Shown: in pieces, positions 26,611 to 41,740 of the stretch | Layout of the letters: each line of letters begins with the position of its first letter | Numbering within the stretch: the first letter of the stretch is position 1 | DNA from: Heterodontus francisci | Taxonomy: Eukaryota | Assembly (NCBI RefSeq): GCF_036365525.1 | Contig: NW_027140515.1 | Coordinates: forward strand, 558,001 to 622,000 | Length of the DNA stretch: 64,000 nucleotides | Direction: 5' to 3' | Program-made: the position numbers and the translations under genes | Notes under the pieces: generated by a model | What the model was told of the DNA's origin: nothing | What the model saw: the letters and a program-made list of their open reading frames with translations, nothing else | Databases searched by the model: none

Positions 26611-26630
26611 TTCATTTCCCAGCCTTGGAC

Positions 26631-26683
26631 ATGACCTCACGGAAGAAGGTGCTGCTGAAAGTGATCATTTTGGGCGACTCTGG
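26631..26683 (+). CDS. RAB7A: Rab7a-like GTPase, coding exon 1 (MTSRKKVLLKVIILGDSG)
   Basis: Matches the Rab7a N-terminus. Acceptor cccag at 26621-22 and donor gtaagg at 26684. Orthologue versus ohnologue is unresolved. Confidence 0.92.
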
Positions 26684-26734
26684 GTAAGGCATAGGTGGCA
26701 GAGTGGGGGTGCGGGTGTATCCGAGCAGCTGATG

Positions 26735-27232
26735 CCCCATGGCTCGAAATATACCGGGGCTAACGGGGTTAAGTAACGAGGGACAGGTCGCACGGACTGG
26801 GCTTCTGTCCCCTCGAGTGTAGCAGGCTAAGGGGGTGATCGAAACGAGGCATTTAAGACGATTAAAGGATTCGATCGGGTCAATAAGAGAGAAACTATTT
26901 CCTTTGGTTCGCCGGGGGGGGGAAGTCCAAAAAAAAGGGGGCAGAACTTTAAAATTCCAGCCAGAAATGACGGAGAGGGGCTGAATGGGCCTCCTCCTGT
27001 TCCTGTGTAACAGGCCCGAGAGGGGGCTGAATGGGCCTCCTCCTGTTCCTGTGTAACAGGCTCGAGAGAGGGCTGAATGGGCCTCCTCCTGTTCCCGTGT
27101 AACAGGCCCGAGAGGGGGCTGAATGGGCCTCCTCCTGTTCCCGTGTAACAGGCCCGAGAGGGGGCTGAATGGGCCTCCTCCTGTTCCCGTGTAACAGGCC
27201 CGAGAGGGGGCTGAATGGGCCTCCTCCTGTTC
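26735..27232 (+). repeat. CR1 fragment ending in a 46-bp tandem repeat (6 copies, 26975-27232) of the LINE 3' tail motif
   Basis: GAATGGGCC recurs at 26983, 27029, 27075, 27121, 27167 and 27213. Confidence 0.85.
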
Positions 27233-27740
27233 CTTGGTATTTTTCCTTTCACAAGCAACGACCGACCATCAGAAAAACCTGAACACCCAGCGTAAAGCGT
27301 AAAATGGTTTTTTTTTGCCCGCCAGGCGCAGGTGACCCACGACAGGACGACCGAGCAGAGGTTTTTGCTGCACGTTTGTCGGGTGACAATCACCCAGAGG
27401 CAGGCGTGCGAGTCTCCAGGGACAGTGAGGAATGTGACCTGTTTATAACCAGCTTTTCACAAGTCAGCAGTAATTGCGATTTGAAACCGGGAAACCCCCT
27501 CCCCCCCCCCCACCCCCTACTATGTCTTGGTTTTTGTTGTTTTAATTATATCGTTTCCATGGGTTTGTTGTGACAGTGCGGAGTTTACGATTTAAATCCG
27601 GGAAATAGTGAAATTCGCGATTCTCAAAGCGCCGCGACCCTGAAATTTGCCCGTGGACTTGGGTCGGGGCCGAATGACAACTTGCCAGAGAGAGCCAATT
27701 TCGGGAGGGGTCGGGCAAGCTACGTTCCCTTCGTAACTGA

Positions 27741-28055
<315 letters not shown>

Positions 28056-28102
28056 TAAAATAACTTTATTAAAAGACAGATAAATAACCCAAAAACTCAA
28101 AT

Positions 28103-31100
28103 TCAAATGCCATTCTCGGCGTCGACGGTGCACTCCAGTCCCTGCGGTGCCCACCGGTCGCGGAAGGCCTCAAGCGTGCCGGCGGACACCGCATGCTCCC
28201 TCTCCAGGGACACCCGGGCGCGAACGTAACCGTGGAAGAGGGGCGGGCAATTAGGGAGGACGGCCCGCAGCCTGGACCTGTGAATTGCCACCTTGGCCAG
28301 GCCCAGGAGCAGACCGACGGGGAGATCCTCCTCCCGGCCCACGCCTCTCCGCACCGGGTGCCCAAAGATCAGCAGCGTGGGACTGAAGTGCAGCCAGAAC
28401 TTGAGGAGCAGCCCCTTCAGATACTCAAAGAGGGGCTGCAACCTCGCACACTCCGTATATTTGTGAAACACGGACTCGTCCAGGCCGCAGAAAGGACAGG
28501 CGGCCTGGGAGTCCGTGAACCTACTTAAAAGTCTATTGCACGGGACTGCTCTGTGCAGCACCCTCCACCCCAGGTCCCCGATGTAAAGGGGGAAGACTCC
28601 CATGTAGAGAGACCTCCATCAGGGTTTCCCCTCGCCGGCAGAAGGCAACGCGGACCGCCAGGGCGTGTCCGGCCGGCTGACGAGGGCGAGGAAGTGGAGA
28701 GTGTGCGGGAGCAGCCCGTACAGGAAACCCCTCCGCGCCGATTGGAATGGCAAGGAGGGCATTTCCGAGAGGCGGCTCGGGTGGTGCGGGAACGGCTCCC
28801 GAGGAGGATTTCAGGGCCTGGGTCCGATGAGCAGTTCCGGCCGAGCGGGAGTCAGCTCGGCCAGGAGTGCTCCGCACTCCCGAGCCCCCTCGCCACCCGC
28901 AGTGAGGGGCGTCCCGGGGGTTTCGGCTACTCCTCCGCCCGCCGGACCGTCCCCGGAGTCGGCCGCCCGGACAGCCGAGGCGCTCTCCTCCGCCGGCGGG
29001 GGAGCGCCCTGACTGGAGGCGACCATGTTCCAGACTCAGAATAGATCCCGGTAAAAGACAGGCAACTCCCTCAGAGAGGCGCGGCTAACGGACTCCACCG
29101 GGAGCTGCGTGTCGTCTTGAAGGCAGTGACACTGGCGGAAAAAATACGTCGCCAGCGCACACCATCTGGGAGGACGCTCGACGTACAGGTATCTCTGCAG
29201 GGTCCGAAGGCGGAGAGTCGCAGCCTGGGTGCGGACGCACACCAGCGACTGACCGCCCTCCTCGATCGGGAGACTCAGGACCGCGGCAGAGACCCAGTGT
29301 TTCCTCTTGCCCCAGAAGAAATCGACGAGTTTCTTCTGGATCTTGGTGACAAATACAGGGGGCGGGGCCAAAGTGACCAACCGGTACCACAGCATGGAGG
29401 CCACCAGTTGGTTTATGACCAACGCTCGGCCCCTGTAGGAAAGCACTCTGAGCAGTCCTGTCCAGCGCCCAGCCGAGCGGTGACTTTCGCATCCAACTCC
29501 TGCCAGTTTGCCGGCCAGGCTTCCTCAGCGGGGCTAAGGTGGACTCCCAGATAGAGGAGGTGCGTGGTGCTCCACGCAAAAGGTGTCATCTCCTCCGGCA
29601 GGGAGTCCACCCGCCACTGACCAACCAGGAGTCCGGAACATTTCTCCCAATTGATCCTCGCGGAGGACGCGGCAGAAAAGGTCTGCTGGCAGTCGCGCAT
29701 CCTCCGCAAGTCAACGGGATCTGTGATTGCGAGGAGCACGTCGTCGGCGTAAGCCGAGAGGACGGCCCGCATGGCCGGCTCGCGCAGAGCCAATCCCGTC
29801 AACCTCCTGCGAAGCAGGCACAGGAAGGGCTCCACGCAGATGGTATACAATTGGCCGGACATGGGGCACCCCTGACGCACTCCTCTCCCAAATCGAAGGG
29901 GCGCCGTCAAGGACCCGTTAACTTTGACTAGACACTCTGCGGCGGCGTATAAAAGTCGGACCCGGGCCACGAAATGCGGCCCGAGTCCGAAAGCGCGCAG
30001 AGTCCCGAAAAGGTAATCGTGATCCACCCTGTCGAACGCCTTCTCCTGATCGAGGGAGAGAAAGGCGACCGACTGACCAGTCCTCTGGGAAAGATGGATC
30101 AGGTCCCGGACCAGGTGGATGTTGTCCTGGATGGACCGCCCCGGGACCGTGTAGGACTGGTCGGGGTGGATCATGTGGGCCAGCACGGAGCCCAGGCGGG
30201 TAGACATAGCCCGGGCAAAGATCTTATAATCCGTGCTGAGAAGGGAGACCGGACGCCAGTTTTTAAGCAGGCGGAGATCGCCCCTCTTCGGCAGCAGGAC
30301 GATGACCGCCCTGCGCCACGAGAGGGGCATCACCCCGGTCGCCAGGCTTTCCCCCAGGACCCGCGCGTAATCGTCCCCCAGGACGTCCCAGAACGCCCGG
30401 AGGAACTCCACGGTCAACCCATCCAGCCCTGGGGATTTGCCCCTCGAGAGCTGGTGGAGGGCGCCAGTCAGCTCCGCCAACGTGAGCGGAGCCTCCAATC
30501 CTTCGGCGCCCTCCGGGCTGACCTGCGGCAGGTCCTCCCACAAAACTCTGCGCGCATCCTTGCTGGACGGATCCGGAGACAACAACGCACTGTAATAAGT
30601 CCGGACCAGGAGGCCCATTCCCTCCGGATCCGTGATGGAGGATCCGTCGTCGGCCAGCAGCTCAACGAGCTGCTTACGGACCCCCTGCCATTTTTCCAGC
30701 GAGTAGAAGAAGGGTGAGGTGCGGTCCAAATCTTCCAGTATCTGGATCCGCGACCTCACATACGCGCCTCGGGACCCTATGAGCTGCAGGTCCCTCAGCG
30801 CGCCCTTCTTCTCTTTGTATGCCTGCCACAGGGCCGGGTCCGCGACGGCATGACCGAGGCGGGACTCCAAGTCGAGCACCTCCCCCTCAAGGCGCCCGAT
30901 CTCCTCTTCCCGCCTCTTGGTCGACCCCTTCGCGTACTCCTGACAGAAGACGCGGATGTGAGTCTTGCCCACATCCCACCATAGCCTCAAGGAGGGGAAG
31001 CCCCCCTGCTTCCTTCTCCAGTCGGCCCAGAATCGACAGAACGAGTCCCGAAATCGCTCGTCCTCCAGCAGCCGGTTGTTAAAGTGCCAGTACGCGGACC

Positions 31101-31823
31101 CCGCCCGCGTGCGGAGCGGAGTAAACTCCGCCCACACCAGGCGGTGGTCCGAGCACGGCACCAGCCGCATGGAGGCCGCCGAAACGCGGGAGACGTACGC
31201 CTGCGAAATGTAGAGGCGGTCGATTCGCGACCCCCCTCCTCCAGACCTCCACGTGAAGGCGCTGGAGTCGGGATGGAGATTCCGCCAGACGTCCACCAAG
31301 TTAAGGGAGCTGATCAGTCCCCTCAACTTCTCCACCGACGCTTGGCCGCGCTGGGGACCGGAGCGATCCCCCACCTCGAGGGTGCAGTTAAAATCCCCCC
31401 CCCGAGGATGATGCACTCGCCGCTATCGATGGAGCTCAAGAGAGCGGACACTTCTTCAAAGAAGCGCGCTTGCAACGCGCCGGGCCTGGGCGCGTACACG
31501 TTCACAAAGTGGAGCGGCACGCTACCCAGGCGAACGGCGAGGTGGAGCAAGCGGCCCGGCACTAGCTCCTTGACTCCCAAGATCTCCGGCTGAAAAGTCG
31601 GGGCCAACAAGATAGCCACCCCACTAGAAATAGGGGTGAGGTGACTCATGTAGACCCCACCCTGCCACTCCAGGAGCCAGGTGGCTTCGTCTCCCGGAAC
31701 GGTGTGGGTTTCCTGCAGAAAGCTCACCGCGTATCTCCCTTCCCTAAGGACTGAGAGATTGTGAAATCTGCGGTGAGCCCCTCTGCTGCCGTTGATGTTG
31801 AGGCTGGCTATGGTTATCTTCAT
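28103..31823 (-). pseudogene. Tx1 copy 1 ORF2 (endonuclease + reverse transcriptase + C-terminal zinc knuckle), disrupted
   Basis: Motifs SLNING, FLQETH, GDFN, RIDR, SDH, KSPGLDG, LDQEKAFDRV, GVRQGCP, YADD and CPFC..H..C. Frameshifts in C-runs at ~31400 and ~29470; in-frame TGA at 29036, 28811 and 28619. Confidence 0.9.
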
Positions 31824-31855
31824 GTCAAAGGTAATTAAAACCCGTCACAAACACC

Positions 31856-33898
31856 TCACTGTGAGGAGGGAGTGGAAGTGCACCTGGCCCTCCACTCCCC
31901 CAGCAACCCATTGAAGAACACATTAAAACGGCGCCTCTCAACCAGTTTCACGTCCGCGCGCTTGCCCGCTATCTTAAGGGCGGCACGGACGGACTGTATG
32001 ATCAGCGCCAGATTCGACCAACGGTCGAGGGCCAGCTGAACTTTATTGCGGCAACCTCTGCAAGCCGCGAGGAAATCCCGGAGTTCCGCCGTGGGGATGA
32101 GAGGAGATTCGGTGGGAGGCACGAGGGACTCCACCACCTCACTGGCGATGGAATCAAGATCATCCTCCGTGCCCCGCACCGAATCCCCATCCTCCTCCGG
32201 GTCGTCACCGCCAGCGGCCGACACATCTGCCACACACTGTGGGGCGGACGTCCCGGCCGCGCCAGCTGGTCCCGCCTCCGTCACGATCCCACCCCCAGGA
32301 TCGATGACGGAGGAGTCCTCTCTGGGTTCTATTGTGAAACTGGAGCCTGTAGGCACCAGCGGTTCAGGACCCCCCTCCACCTCCGTCCCCAGGCCAATGA
32401 GTGGTCCAGGGGAGACAGAAGTTCCGGACTCCGGGAAACCAGCCGGAGCGGAGACTGGAGGCGGCGAGAGGAGGCCATCTCCCGCTCCGCCAGCACCCAC
32501 AGGCCCAGCAGATGGGGCAGCATTCTCAGTTATAACTGGGTCGGGTGTCTCCTGGTTGGTGGTGGACTCCGGCTGGGAGGCCGGACCCTCTGGGGCCTCG
32601 CCCTCCCCTTCATTCAGGGCACCCGACCCAGTAGCAGTGGCGGAATGGGCGGCTTCCCCAGGCTCCCCCACCACAAGCAGGGCCCCACTTACTCCTTCAG
32701 GAGGGGCCTCATGTACCGGGGCCATCCCCTCCCCTCCATCCTGAGGAATAGGGAGCACCTGCCCGTACTTTGTAGCCTTGGTAGTGGCGGTAGGGGGTAC
32801 CTGAGGACCAGAAACAGGAGACAGCTCCCCTCCAACAGATGGGCCCTGCACCTCAGGGCCCTGTGTTATTTCTGTGGAGGGGTGCCTTCTCCTCTTTTTC
32901 GCACTTGGGCGCGGAGACTCAGAGACCTCCATGTCATCAGAGGCCTCCGCCTCCACACCCTTTTTTTCCTTTCTTGTCACCCTCTGCCTGAGCCCAGCCC
33001 TGGGACAGGTGGATTCCATGGGAATGGGCTTTGGGCTGAGCTCAGGCTCGGGTTGAGTCAAAGTGTCCAGGGGACGCGCCTCATGATGTTTCTTTTTTCC
33101 CCGCGTCTTCCTTCCGCTCGGACGGACGCTCCCCTCCCCGCCGGAGGCTGTGAAAACCACAGCCTCCGGAACCGACTGAGTGGTGTTTATTGGATGTGTT
33201 GGGGGAGTGGGAGGAGGTGCTGTGGAACCACTCTGGGCCGCCGAGGTGGAGCTGGCGGCCGGGAGGTTGGGGCAGTTCTTACGAACATGCCCCACCCCCT
33301 TGCAGACGTGGCACCGCGCCCCATCCGAGGTCCAAAAGACGCGGTAGGCCGTCCCCTGGAACTCCACATTAAATTGGCCCTCCAAGACCTCCTCCCGCGC
33401 CACCTGCATAAATAACTGGCGGCGGAAGGAGTAGACATGTTGGAGGCTGTGCTCCCGAAGACCAAGCCGGACTGGGGTGATCCCCGACCTCACCTCCCCC
33501 AGATGGTGCAGGTGGGGGAGGAGGAGCTCACTGGGAATGAAGGGTGGGACGTTGGACAACATTATCCGATGCGCAGTGGCCCCCAGAGGGTCCACTGGCA
33601 GGAAGGTCCCCCCCACAGTGAGCCCTTTACTCAGGGCCAGGGACACCGCCCGCTCGGTCTTCAAAAAGAACACAGCCTTTCCATACATCTTTGAGGCCGC
33701 AACAATGGCCGAGGGGCCGACAACCACGGCCATTGCCTTAACGCAGGCCTCAATAGACATGTTGGGGTGGGGATAGCTCTTCACCCCATGGCTGCATGTC
33801 AATAATTTAAAGGGTGACGGGGCCACGTGGGCAGCCACAGAAGCTGCAGCTGCGTAGGTAGTAGAGGGCCCCGCCACCGGTGATGAAGGGCTTGCCAT
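31856..33898 (-). CDS. Tx1 copy 1 ORF1, intact, 680 aa from ATG 33898 (MASPSS...)
   Basis: Tx1-type N-terminal region (IVAASKMYGKAVFFLK..LSNVPPFI), zinc knuckle CHVCKGVGHVRKNC, basic NLS-like KKRRR and a long P/G/E-rich tail. Confidence 0.85.
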   Translation of the reverse strand: MASPSSPVAGPSTTYAAAASVAAHVAPSPFKLLTCSHGVKSYPHPNMSIEACVKAMAVVVGPSAIVAASKMYGKAVFFLKTERAVSLALSKGLTVGGTFLPVDPLGATAHRIMLSNVPPFIPSELLLPHLHHLGEVRSGITPVRLGLREHSLQHVYSFRRQLFMQVAREEVLEGQFNVEFQGTAYRVFWTSDGARCHVCKGVGHVRKNCPNLPAASSTSAAQSGSTAPPPTPPTHPINTTQSVPEAVVFTASGGEGSVRPSGRKTRGKKKHHEARPLDTLTQPEPELSPKPIPMESTCPRAGLRQRVTRKEKKGVEAEASDDMEVSESPRPSAKKRRRHPSTEITQGPEVQGPSVGGELSPVSGPQVPPTATTKATKYGQVLPIPQDGGEGMAPVHEAPPEGVSGALLVVGEPGEAAHSATATGSGALNEGEGEAPEGPASQPESTTNQETPDPVITENAAPSAGPVGAGGAGDGLLSPPPVSAPAGFPESGTSVSPGPLIGLGTEVEGGPEPLVPTGSSFTIEPREDSSVIDPGGGIVTEAGPAGAAGTSAPQCVADVSAAGGDDPEEDGDSVRGTEDDLDSIASEVVESLVPPTESPLIPTAELRDFLAACRGCRNKVQLALDRWSNLALIIQSVRAALKIAGKRADVKLVERRRFNVFFNGLLGEWRARCTSTPSSQ

Positions 33899-34586
33899 GG
33901 GTCCAAGAGCTAAACCCACCCCAAATTGTGGACTTGCACACCAAATATCAGCTATTAACTGAAAATATTGAATATATATATTAAAGACAAACAAACAAAC
34001 AACAGATTAGTGGAGAGGCTGAGGTAATAGAGGAGAGGCAAAGGCAGGCTGGAAGGGATGACTTGCTTTCTGGAGGTGGTGCTCACAGTACACTCAAAAC
34101 AGTCTTTGAAGTTGGTCTTCCGGTCTTCTGGTTGGGGGAGTCGTCTTCACCTGGGTCAGCTGAAGCTGCCCAGGCACTATCTATCCCCTTCCGTCTGTTT
34201 AGCTGGGCAGCTTCAGCTGACCCAGGCTTGGCAATTGGGGTGGGGAGGGAGCTTCCCTGTGTGCTTTTGCAGCAGCACAGATTCCTGTTGAATTGGCAGC
34301 CCCACCCCTTGTTGTTCCAGCCACTTGTTCCTCCCCCAACAGTCCAAAGTAAATTACTGGTGTTCAGCACCCACCTCCAGAAAAAGCCTTGTTTCCAAAA
34401 AATGTCCCTTTCTTCTCTTTAATGGAGACTGTTGTTGGAGTTTTCCTCTGCTTGTTGGTAGCTGCTCTCCCTTGCTCAGTGCAGCTCCTCTCTCCACCTC
34501 TGCAACCTCCAACTGCCACCAGCACTCTCAGCTGCACCTCGTTGAGGCTCTCAACACTCAGGCTCCCAAATCAGAGAGCAGCCAAT

Positions 34587-37520
<2,934 letters not shown>

Positions 37521-38108
37521 AAAACAATACTCCCAACTTGGTGCCGATTGGATCTCGTCTCAAGTTCTGAACTCCAGGCCATTTACGTGGAGCACAAACC
37601 CAGTGGAATGTCCCTTTAACTCTGCTCTTTCCCCTCCGCCCATGTCTTCCATTGGCCACATTCCCTTTAATTCCAGACGGAATTACCTTTCCCATAAGGT
37701 CGCTCGTGTGGCCCCTTATCGGACGCTGTTCCCTAAGTCCATATAAGCTGCATCCGCTGCATTTTCCTTGGTTGATTCTTTGTTCTGTCAAGCCTGGTTG
37801 CTGTCTCTCTGTGCTGCATTAGCTGGTTGTCTTTCCCCTCCCCCGACATCCCCCCCCGGGTCGATCAGGTTCACACTCACTATGCAGTGACCCACGTTGG
37901 AAAGCTTGCACGCTGGAGGGACGGTCAGGCTCCGCTGCGATGCCTCCCCGAGGCCAATACCCCCGACACGGCACTTTCTCTCTGGGCTCGCGTGGCGGAG
38001 GGAGGGAGGTGCGTGCAGGAACTGAGGCCTCTCAGTCCCCGAGGAGGCAGGCTGGTGACGTTTTTGACGTGCGCGTCTTCTGAGTGTCGGCCGGTTCTGT
38101 GTTCGCAG

Positions 38109-38204
38109 GAGACCGAGGTCGAGCTGCCCGACGAGTTCCCCGATCAGATAAAGCTGGACCCAAATGACAGGCCGACTTCAGCGACCGACGGTTGTCAGTG
38201 TTGA
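38109..38204 (+). CDS. RAB7A: Rab7a-like last coding exon (ETEVELPDEFPDQIKLDPNDRPTSATDGCQC*)
   Basis: CXC prenylation motif. The CDS totals 53+127+348+96 = 624 nt, or 207 aa, the canonical Rab7a length. Confidence 0.92.
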   Translation, partial: ETEVELPDEFPDQIKLDPNDRPTSATDGCQC

Positions 38205-39429
38205 ACTGTGGGAGAGGGAGTCGGGCTGGGGGTGGGGGAGGTCGGGGGAAGAGGACGTGTGGGGTAGCAGAGGGAGCGGGGAACAGGCAGATCCTGCACA
38301 AAGCCCTTCCCCACTCGCCCCCCGCCCCTTCGCCAATATCTTTCCTACCGGTGACTAAAAAAGCCCCACTTGTGCGGAAGGGTCTTTCTCCGCTGCCTCA
38401 GGGACCTCTGATTCCAGCGTGCGACTCCCCCCTCGCTCGTGAACTGGACCAAGCAGAGAGAGAAAGAGAGACCAGGCATCGTTCTTCCGGCTGAACTCTG
38501 TTGCAACTTGTGGGATCTTGCTTGTTTCCCTGCTGCCTCTCCCGCCAAGCCCTGGCCCCAGCCCACCCGCCTCTCAGTCACGCCAGCGAGGCTTAACGGG
38601 CGGGCAATGGAGAGGGTGATGGCACCTAACCATCACTGCACCCGCAGAGACTGCTCCCCCTGAGGTGGGCATCGCATATAACCATCAGATCAATTTAACA
38701 CTGATCCACCATGTTTGCTCTTTTTCATATGATGTATATATAACAATGTGTGTGTGACGTTTAACCGCAGTGAATAATACTACAAAACATAATCTGCTCC
38801 CCACTCGGGGAGGAGGGGAATCGGGAGCCTCATTCGCAAGCTCCCCAAAATTCTTCAGGGATTTCTCTCGTCCTTCCTGGAGGGAATCGGAAGCGGGGGG
38901 GGGTGGGGGTGGGGGTGGGGTGAATTTCGATGGCACACGCACGCCAGCTGACTCCCTTCCCATCACCCCCTACCCCCCCCCCCCCCCCCACCCAACTGCC
39001 TCCATGTACTCTGCTGCTGAACTTTCACTGTCACTTGAGAACCCCGCTGCTTTAGTTCGGCCGAGCCAACCCGCCAAGCGAGCTCGTCTCCGCTGTTGAA
39101 AATCGCGGTGCGCGACCCCGCACACTCCCGCTGCCCTGCAGATGCCCATTTCCCCCAGCGGCCTGGCACCCAGCTGGCGTTTTGAGCTTCTGCCCGGGCG
39201 GCGTGCGGGTCAAGTGGCCTGAGCAGGTCGGTGCCTCTCGCTGGCTCGGCGTGGGGCCGATTTTCTTAACGGGTCGACCGCGTGTATAATATATATCTAT
39301 CAAAGAAATTCTGATTTTATATGCTCCGGCGGAGAGAGGAGGGGTGTGTACAGATTTCCATCCCCCCTGCTTCTCCCCGTCGCATGATGTACTAAACACC
39401 GAGCTTTGCTTAAGTAACGTCTTTAGTGA

Positions 39430-39435
39430 AATAAA
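39430..39435 (+). terminator. Probable Rab7 polyadenylation signal AATAAA
   Basis: First AATAAA I found after the stop codon, followed by GT-containing sequence. Confidence 0.6.
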
Positions 39436-39816
39436 ACTGATTTGAAACCCCACGTGTGACGTCTCCCTGTGTGGGCAGTAGCTTCAGGACCCCCTCCCCA
39501 CCTCATCCCCATCGCTGAAACCCACCCTAGCCTGCGCAAACTGTCCTCATAGTTCAGCCAGAGGGACAGATTATAGTGAAAGGAGGTACAGAGAGCGGGG
39601 GAGGGAGGCTGTCCTGCCGAAGCAGACTGCTTCCTGTTCCTTCAGTTTAGTTTAGAGATACAGCACTGAAACAGGCCCTTCGGTCCACCGAGTCTTTCTC
39701 TCTCCCCGCCCCGCCCTGCCCTGCCCTGCCCAGAGAAACACACCCTCCACTTTCCGATACGCTCGACTTCCGAATGCAGAGAAACAGGAAGTGAATCGAT
39801 GCAGCTCTCTGCTCTC

Positions 39817-39822
39817 TTTATT
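39817..39822 (-). terminator. Probable LAGE3 polyadenylation signal
   Basis: TTTATT on the plus strand, ~300 nt downstream of the LAGE3 stop; tail-to-tail with Rab7. Confidence 0.55.
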
Positions 39823-40124
39823 CAGCCAGTTTTAACCCCAGTTTCATCTCCCTGGGTCACGTTTACACCGAGTATGTTTCTGTCCGATGTAACAGCCCCC
39901 CACACTCTGGAGTCCTGAATCAGTGGTCTCGTGCAGTTGGGCGAGGGTGCCCAACCTCGGTGCACTCGTCTCCTGGTCCGGTTTAACGTGCGGCAGTTAC
40001 AAGAAAAAGAGGCACGAGTGTTCTCCCCCCGCCCGGCCGCTGCCTGCGTGTTTTCTTTTCGCGTTGAAGGTTTGTTTTTTTTTGTTGCGACGAGAGTCGC
40101 CTCCGGCCGGCAGAGGTGCTGCCT

Positions 40125-40239
40125 CTACCTGGGGACCGGGGGACCGAATCTGTCCATGGTCTGCAAGACGAGCGCCAGGTGATCGAGGAAGGCGTTGACT
40201 GAAACGCGAAGGATGCGAGCTTCGTCTGCCTCCCAGTGG
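40125..40239 (-). CDS. LAGE3: LAGE3/Pcc1 (EKC/KEOPS subunit) exon 3 (HWEADEARILRVSVNAFLDHLALVLQTMDRFGPPVPR*)
   Basis: Resembles the human LAGE3 C-terminus (WKAEDCRLLRISVINFLDQLSLVVRTMQRFGPPVSR); acceptor ctctctctctgcag. Confidence 0.9.
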
Positions 40240-40329
40240 CTGCAGAGAGAGAGAAGGAAGATAGGGAATGGGTTCAACAACAGGCGACAACTCCACAGAG
40301 CTCCACCCAACACCCCACCCCCCATGAAC

Positions 40330-41665
40330 GAATAAATCTTGTGCCCCCCTCTGGTTACCGACCCTCCTGCCACTGGAAACTGTTTCTCCCCACTTACTCC
40401 ATCGAATCCCTTCCTGATTTTGAACGCCTCGATTAAATCTCCCCTTAACCTTCCCTGCTCTAAGGAGGGCAATCCCAGCTTCTCCACAGAACTGAAGGTT
40501 CCCCACCCCCCACCCAATCCCTGGAAGCATTCTCGTAAATTTGATAAGGTGCCACATCAAAGGTTATTGCAGAAAATAAAAGCTCATGGTGTAGGGGGCA
40601 ACATATTGGCAAGGATAGAAGATTGGCTAGCGAACAGGAATTGGCATAAATGAGTAATTTTCTGGTTGGCAAGATGTAACGAGTGGTGTGCCACAGGGAT
40701 CTGTGCTCGGGCCTCAACTTTTTACAATTTATATAAATGACTTAGATGAAGGGACTGAAGGTATGGTTGCTAAATTTGCTGATGACACAAAGATAGGTAG
40801 GAAAGTAACTTGTGAAGAGGACCTAAGGAGGCTACGAAGGGATATAGACAGGTTAAGTGAGTGGGCAAAGACCTGGCAAATGGAGTATAATGTGGGAAAG
40901 TGTCCACTTTGGCAGGAAGAATAAAAAAGCATATTTAAATGGTGAGATTGCAGAGCTCTGAAATACAGAGGGATCTGGGTGTCCGAGTGCATCAATCACA
41001 AAAGGTTAGCATGCAGGTACAGCATGTAATTAGGAAAGCTGACAGAATGTTATTGTTTACCTTGAGGGGAATTGAATATAAAAGTAGGGAGGTTATACTT
41101 CAGTTATACAGGGCACTGGTGAGACCACATCTGGAGTACTGAGTACAGTTCTGGTCTCCTTATTTAAGGAAGGATGTGAATGCATTGGAGGCTGTGCAGA
41201 GGTGGTTTACTAGACTAATACCTGGAGTGGGCGGGCTGTCTTTCGAAGAAAGATTGGACAGGCTAGGCTTGTATCCACTGGAATTCAGAAGAGTAAGAGG
41301 CAACTTGATTGAAACATATAAGATTCTGAGGGGTCTTGACAGGGTGGATGTGGAAAGGATGTTTCCCCTTGTGGGAGAATCTAGAACTAGGGGTCAATGT
41401 TTAAAAATAAGGGGTCGCCCATTTAACACGGAGATGAGGGTAATTTTTTTCTCTGAGGGTAGTGAGACTTTGGAATTCTCTTCCTCAAAAGGCAGTGGAA
41501 GCAGAGTCTGAATATTTTTAAGGCAGAGGTAGATAGATTCTTGATAAGCAAGGGGGTGGAAGGTTATCGGGGGTAGGTGGGAATGTGGAGTAATCAGATC
41601 AGCCATGAACTTATTGAACGGCAGAGCAGGCTCGAAGGGGCCGAGTGGCCCACTCCTAATTCGTT
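40330..41665. mobile_element. CR1-type LINE fragments in LAGE3 intron 2 (40330-40530 minus; 40540-41665 plus)
   Basis: FDKVPH, PQGSVLGP, KFADDTK, VRPHLEY and EFRRVRG motifs, with the 3' tail at ~41630-41660. Confidence 0.88.
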
Positions 41666-41740
41666 ATGTTGGTATGTATATTCGTAAATCGACTTCCGCA
41701 CCCTCTGTTCTTTGACTGTGAAGCAAAGCCCCACACTTAC

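Noticed and set aside
31856-33898. Tx1 ORF1 as a domesticated host gene (ZCCHC3-like)
   Set aside because: It sits within a complete element with ORF2, tail and TSD, and has a close frameshifted sibling 20 kb away.
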